Part shown: piece by piece, positions 58,491 through 64,000 of the stretch
How the letters are laid out: every line of letters begins with the position of its first letter
Position numbering within the stretch: position 1 is the stretch's first letter
NCBI RefSeq assembly: GCF_000281045.1
Contig: NW_008246083.1
Location: 570,186 to 634,185 of the forward strand
Reading direction: 5' to 3'
Length of the DNA: 64,000 bases
From: Saprolegnia diclina VS20
Taxonomy: Eukaryota
Position numbers and translations under genes: made by a program
Notes under the pieces: model-generated
Databases searched by the model: none
Seen by the model: the letters and a program-made list of their open reading frames with translations, nothing else
Told to the model about the DNA's origin: nothing

Positions 58491-59363
58491 ATCTCGCTGG
58501 GGCCGCCGAACGGGTCGACTTCGGTCTCGCTCGTCACGTAGGCGGCTGTGATGCCGCCGTCGACCATAAACTTGGTGCCCGTGATGTAGGACGCATCGTC
58601 GCTGGCGAGGAAGAGCGCGGCCTTGGCCATCTCAGCGGCCTCGCCAAAGCGTCCCATCGGTACGTGCACGAGGCGGCGCTGCTTCTTGGCCTCCGAGTCG
58701 AGGAACTTTTGCAGCAGCGGCGTGTTGAGCGGGCCCGGGCACAGCGCGTTGACGCGAATGTTCTCGCGGGCGTGGATGACGGCGAGCTCGCGGCTCATGG
58801 CAATCACCGCGCCCTTGCTCGCCGTGTAGGCCAGCTGCGGTGTCGCAGCACCAATGCACCCGACAAACGAAGCCGTGTTGATGATGGAGCCGCCGCCCGC
58901 CCGGCGAAGTGCGGGAATCGCGTGCTTGCAGCCGAAGAAGACGCCCTTGACGTTGATGTCCATGCTATGTCATGTGCATGTGAGCGATCGCACATGGAGC
59001 GGCAAGCACGTACGTGAGGTCCCAGACCTTTTCCGAGGTCGCGATCGCGTCGTCGTCGTCACCGTGCATGATGCCGGCGTTGTTGAAGAGCACGTGGAGG
59101 TGGCCATACGTCGTCTCGGCAGCGTCCACCATGGCCTTGCACTCGTCGCTCTTGGAGACGTCGACCCGGATCGCGGTCGCGACATTGGGCTTGCCCACGA
59201 GCTTGGCAATCAAGTCGGCGGTTTTCTGCGCGGCCTCGAGGTTGAGGTCTGCGCACACGACGCCTCTCGCGCCTTCCTTTGCAAAGAGGAGCGCGCTCTT
59301 GCGGCCAATGCCACCGCCGGCGCCGGTCACGATCGCCACCTTCTGCGCCACACGCCCGGCCAT
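58487..59363 (-). CDS. Classical short-chain dehydrogenase/reductase, 2 exons
   Basis: TGAGGGIG, FNNAGI, INTASFV, catalytic YTASK, RVNALCPG, VDGG. Confidence 0.95.
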
Positions 59364-59720
59364 GCCAAATGCAAAATGAGCAGCTTCAAGTGGTATCTTT
59401 CCGCATTAAATGCATGCCGAATATAATGATTTGATCTGCATTTTTCATAGAATCTTGCTTATCTTTAAATAAAAGCATGTTTAAATGATCAGAATTAAAA
59501 TTATGTTTCTTCGCAATGGTCCGCGTCGGCCATGACGTGGCCCTTTGCAGCCCCACCTGGCGAGAATCTGTCATAATATGCACCGTTGGAATAAAAATAG
59601 AGTTGCTACATATAAACATACATATATTTTTAAAAGAACATCGAACGAATAGAATTTTGTATTGTACACGCCATAAGATCTTACTCGCATCCACTTTGCC
59701 TTTTGTTGCCTGAAACTGCA

Positions 59721-60922
59721 ATGTTTCTGCAGCGCGTCCAAGCGAGCCTCCCGCGGGCCCGCGCCCTCTCGACGAGCGCCCGCAGTCTCCGCTTCCTCAT
59801 CGTCGAGGGCTACTCGCCCGAAGGCCGCGCCGAGCTGCAGCGGGGCGGCGCTACGATCGCGTCCGAGCTGTATGCGAATGTCCTCAAGTCGGTGTCGCCG
59901 ATGGCTGTGACCACCGATGTCCTGCACCCGGCGGACGGCCCGTTCCAGGCACCCGACCTGAGCAAGTACGATGGCGTCGTCTGGACAGGCTGCAGGTAGA
60001 GACCAATGCCATGACGTCCCACACACCTCTCCCTCGGTAGCTTGACGGTCTATGAAACGGACGACGAGCGCACGGTGCGGCAAATCGACCTTGCCAAGCA
60101 GATCTACGCCTATGGTACGTCGTGCGTAAGTGCTTCTACAGACGGCTCATAGGTCCCGTAGGCGTGCCGCAGGTAGATGCGACACAACACGATGCATTGG
60201 CTCACGCAGCGGCGTCTAGTTTGGGAGTTGCTGGGCCGCGCAGATCGCGGTCTTTGCGGCGGGCGGCAAGGTCGCCAAGAACCCGAACGGCCGCGAAATG
60301 GGCATCTCCCGCAAGGTGCGATGTGCATATCAAAGGCGTCGCGAACGCGCTGCATCACTAGATCCAACTGACGCCGGAAGGCCGGAGCCACCCCATGTAC
60401 GAGGGCAAGTCGACGGTCTTTGATGCGTTCACGAGCCACTACGACGAGATCACGCACGTGCTTCCGGGCGGCTTGACCTTGAGCGCGAATGCTTTCACGT
60501 CGACGCAGTCGGTGGCCGTCCGCCACTTGAACGTACGCGTCGTGAGGATGGCCTTGATCTGACAACAGTTGCGTTAGGGTGACTTTTGGGCGGTCCAGTA
60601 CCATCCCGAGTACGACCTGCGCGAGATGGCGCGGCTCATCTACTGCCGCCGCGAGAAACTCACCAAGTACGGCAACTTTGCGAGCGTTGACGATGCGTGT
60701 CGGTACGTTTCTGTGGCTACACTGTACAGAGCATGGCTTGACGGGAATGGTAGCTTTGTGGACGACCTCGAGACGCTTCATGCGAACCCGTCGCGCTACG
60801 ACATTGCGTGGCGTCTCGGCATTGACGACGACGTTCTGGACGAGAACATTCGCCTCTGCGAAGCGCGCAACTTTGTCAAGCATCTCGTCGTGCCCTACAA
60901 GCTCGCGAAAGCGTGGCCCTAA
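59721..60922 (+). CDS. Stand-alone class-I glutamine amidotransferase-like hydrolase, multi-exon, predicted mitochondrial presequence
   Basis: YDGVVWTG, nucleophile FGSCW, SHYDEI, QYHPE (Cys-His-Glu triad); N-terminus MFLQRVQASLPRARALSTSARS. Confidence 0.88.
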
Positions 60923-61061
60923 GCCATCTAGTTGATAATCCGTGCTAGTAATCATGTAGAAGGGTCCATCTTTTCATTTGCAGCGAGGGCCCGATCGTCG
61001 ACGTGCGGTTGGGTCTCACTCAGCAGCTCGTTGGCCGCAATCTCGCGTTCTCGAGTTTCTG

Positions 61062-61135
61062 GACGTCCCTTGTTCGTCAAGTGCAATGTGAACTTCACGT
61101 CAACTTCACATTGCACTTGACGGACCAGGGGCGTC
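61062..61135 (+). repeat. Long inverted repeat / hairpin
   Basis: Perfect 18-bp arms 61075-61092 and 61105-61122, 12-nt loop; stem extends to about 31 bp with two G:U pairs and one mismatch. Confidence 0.85.
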
Positions 61136-61637
61136 GCTGGCCTCTGGTGCGCTGGTCATTGAGCACGATCCAGCAGTCGCGCAAGTCGGCCACCGATACC
61201 AACAGGACGGCGCGCGAGAGACTGATGGTGTAAGCTGCCGGCGAAGCCAGCATCGACGACGTGTGCAGCATTCTTCTCTTCCACGCAGAAAACTGATGCA
61301 ATAAGAAGTGTCTTCTTAGTCGCTTCAGGCGCTGCGCCGTGCATGGGTGGGATACCCCAGACGGACTATATGAGCAGGATGACACGGACGATAGTGTACT
61401 GTGGTTCTACTCGACAGTGCACCCTTTACTGTCGACTGAAGGTAGATTGGTGCTGAGAGATGCGTTGACTGGGCCGCACGTTACAAGCGCGAAACCAAGG
61501 CTGCGAGCTGAGGATATGTGCCTCCAGAGTCCAAGCATGTAGACACTGCAGACATCCGCCATCGCGGTCCCAGATCTTGAACTTGGTCGCACTATCCTGC
61601 TATGCTATCGATGGGACGTATTTCTGGTGTCATGGGT

Positions 61638-61653
61638 GGTGTTTAGAAACACC
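61638..61653 (-). terminator. Histone 3' stem-loop of H2B
   Basis: Minus strand GGTGTT-TCTA-AACACC followed by ACCCA. Confidence 0.88.
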
Positions 61654-61695
61654 AGATGTAGTTGCTTTGTAGCAAAGCGGAAGTGCGACGCAGAT

Positions 61696-62055
61696 TTAAG
61701 CCGACGACGTGAACTTGGTCACGGCCTTCGTGCCTTCCGAGACGGCGTGCTTGGCAAGCTCACCGGGGAGCATAAGGCGCACAGCGGTCTGGATCTCACG
61801 CGACGACAAGGTCGACTTCTTGTTGTAGCGCGAGAGCTTGCCGGCCTCCGAGGCGATGCGCTCGAAGATATCGTTGATGAACGAGTTCATGATCGACATG
61901 CCACGCTTGGAGATACCGGTCTCCGGGTGGACCTGCTTGAGGACCTTGTAAATGTACGTCGAGTACGATTCCACGCGCTTGCCCTTCTTGGCCTTGCCCT
62001 TCTCGCCCGTCTTCTTCGGGGCCTTGGCGGACTTCTTGCTCGGGGTCTTGGCCAT
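61696..62055 (-). CDS. H2B: Histone H2B
   Basis: [40 protein letters not shown]...AVTKFTSSA. Confidence 0.98.
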   Translation of the reverse strand: MAKTPSKKSAKAPKKTGEKGKAKKGKRVESYSTYIYKVLKQVHPETGISKRGMSIMNSFINDIFERIASEAGKLSRYNKKSTLSSREIQTAVRLMLPGELAKHAVSEGTKAVTKFTSSA

Positions 62056-62322
62056 CTTGCTGGTTCGAATGAAATTCAAAAATGAGCTCAAATCAGCCAC
62101 GAACGAAATTCGCGCCAGGTGGACCGCCAAGGCGCGACTTAGACGCACATGATTGGCTCATGAGTGGACCCATATACATGATTGGCCATATTTGGCGGGA
62201 CAAGCCGTCGATTGGCGGAATGTTTTGTCATTGGCCTGTGATTGGTGCGTTTTGGTCGGCGTCAATTCTGGCGCGCGTCGAGCAGTCATTTTCAATTTTG
62301 ATCTCTACAACACAAGCACAAG
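62056..62322. promoter_or_regulatory. Bidirectional H2A/H2B promoter
   Basis: ATTGG at 62152, 62181, 62211, 62230 and 62241; E2F-like TTTGGCGGGA at 62191; INR/FPR-like TCATTTTCAATTTT (62286, +) and GCTCATTTTTGAATTT (near 62072-62087, -). Confidence 0.75.
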
Positions 62323-62730
62323 ATGTCTGGCAAGGGTAAAGCTACGGGTGGCCGCGGTGCCAAGGGCAAGGCCTCGTCGCGCTCGTCGAAGGCCGGCCTC
62401 CAGTTCCCGGTCGGTCGTGTCGCTCGCTTCCTCAAGAAGGGCCGCTTCGCCCAGCGCATCGGCGGTGGTGCCCCGGTCTACCTCGCCGCTGTCCTCGAGT
62501 ACCTCTGCGCCGAAATCCTCGAGCTTGCCGGCAACGCCGCCCGCGACAACAAGAAGTCGCGTATCATCCCGCGCCACATCCAGCTCGCGGTCCGCAACGA
62601 TGAGGAGCTCAACAAGCTCCTCGGCGACGTGACGATCGCGTCGGGCGGTGTGCTCCCCAACATCCACAACATCCTCCTCCCCAAGAAGACGTCGCTCCCG
62701 ACCAAGGAGGCCAAGTCCACGAAGGCGTAA
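62323..62730 (+). CDS. H2A: Histone H2A
   Basis: [44 protein letters not shown]. Confidence 0.98.
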   Translation: MSGKGKATGGRGAKGKASSRSSKAGLQFPVGRVARFLKKGRFAQRIGGGAPVYLAAVLEYLCAEILELAGNAARDNKKSRIIPRHIQLAVRNDEELNKLLGDVTIASGGVLPNIHNILLPKKTSLPTKEAKSTKA

Positions 62731-62776
62731 ATTCGTGCACCTGCATCACCCGGAAGCTTTCGCTTCCATCTCACCT

Positions 62777-62792
62777 GGCTTTTCTAAAAGCC
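62777..62792 (+). terminator. Histone 3' stem-loop of H2A
   Basis: GGCTTT-TCTA-AAAGCC followed by ACCCA. Confidence 0.9.
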
Positions 62793-62988
62793 ACCCACTT
62801 TCCAAGAAGTATCGCCATCGGCTGCTGCGAATAGCAGGCTCGACTTAGTAGCGTAGTGACTAACTACGACCTGGGCGTCCGTACCAACAGCAGCACGAGC
62901 AGGCCAGGAACATTGCCTCCGTCTCGTCGTCCTTTCACTGCATTCTGCAAACAAGAAACCTACGTTATTATGCAATGGACCGTGGGTG

Positions 62989-64000
62989 TCACAGCCCCAC
63001 GGACGTCCACGGCTTGGCGGTAGCAGGCGGCTTGGCCACCTTGATGGGGCTCACGCGAATCATGCTTCGCGGGAGCTCGGGTCGCGCGGGCGTGAACTGG
63101 AAGCTTTTGAAGCCCATGAAGCCAGCGATCGTGTGCGGGCGCGGCGACGGCGGCGCTACGATCGACGCGTCGTCGTCGACGTCCTCGGGCTCGAAAAAGA
63201 GCCGCAGCGATTTGGGCGTGTACAACACTGGCATCTCGACCGTAAAGACGTCGCCGATGCAGAGACCCTTGTCGCCGCAGCCGCCAAAGATCATCATCTA
63301 CACCATTCTTGCTCAGCTTTGGGGTCAAGAAGACGCCTACTTGATTCTCAACGATGCTAAAGACGTGCCGTATCCGCGGCGGGATCGGCGCCACATGTGT
63401 CAGCGTCGACCAGCGCTGGAGCTCTACGCTCATCCGTCGTTAGACGTTCTCTACTCAACGACCGCACCGAGATCGAGGCAGTGGATCGCGCCGTCGTCAA
63501 AGCCGCGGTGTGTTTTCCCGCCAAAGAGAAAGAGGCAGAGCGGGTTGACCGGGTGCTGCTGCATCACGTGGCCATACCGCGCACTGGGTGGTGTCCCGTC
63601 CAACGGCGAAACGACTTGCCAATGACTCGTGCGCACGTCGAGCGCGTACACCAGGTTGTTGGCCAAGCCCGTGTCGGGCGGGAGGTCCTCGCTTGCGTCG
63701 CTTCGCGGGCGCTCGGGGCTTGGCAGCGTCGTGGTTGTCTTGGCTGTTTGACCCCCAAACACAAGCATGTAACTGGTGCCATGCAGCATGATCGCGCTGT
63801 GGTGCGAGCGCGGACCCGGCGAGCTGCCCGTCATCGCCGGCTCGTACCAGCACAGCGTGGCGAGGTCGAGGCGTTGGAGGTCGTCAAAGTACGCGTCCTT
63901 GCTCAGCATCCGGTCGAGGCCCGACCCGCCGTAAATGTAGAGCATCTACATAATATCTTTTGTTGTACAAACACCTATGATGGAAATATTGTCCTCGTAC
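62989..64000 (-). CDS. Kelch-repeat protein, 3' exons (5' end outside the window)
   Basis: LYIYGG, PGPRSHHS, MLVFGG, PSARYGH, LFLFGG, PIPPRIRH, MIFGG. Confidence 0.85.

Noticed and set aside
61095..61385. DCWIVLN as a cytochrome b5 motif
   Set aside because: Lacks VYD and HPGG; the frame ends inside the hairpin.

Overview
Eukaryotic, gene-dense, GC-rich DNA with many short (about 40-55 nt) GT-AG introns and two assembly gaps (21637-21921, 50882-51226). Gene content and oomycete-type INR/FPR core promoters point to an oomycete, most likely Saprolegnia or a relative (inference). Housekeeping genes: AAA ATPase, LipB, U2AF65, a divergent H2A/H2B pair, a variant histone H3, and SEL1-repeat, J-domain and Kelch proteins. 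Expanded families: eight intronless five-finger C-x4-C-x9/10-C-x2-H ('WRKY19-like') zinc-finger genes, four membrane RING-CH ligases, a ~1,790-aa two-module membrane protein and a TM-LRR-LNR protein. Secreted enzymes: a nucleoside hydrolase and an S33-like alpha/beta hydrolase. Best leads: (1) an adjacent ALDH + SDR + class-I glutamine amidotransferase trio resembling bacterial gamma-glutamyl amine catabolism operons; (2) a double-hairpin 3' element shared by H2A and H2B, plus an H3 variant with A29M that lacks it; (3) a ~31-bp pre-miRNA-like hairpin at 61062-61135. Exon structures were read by eye and family assignments come from motif recognition; no database searches were run.
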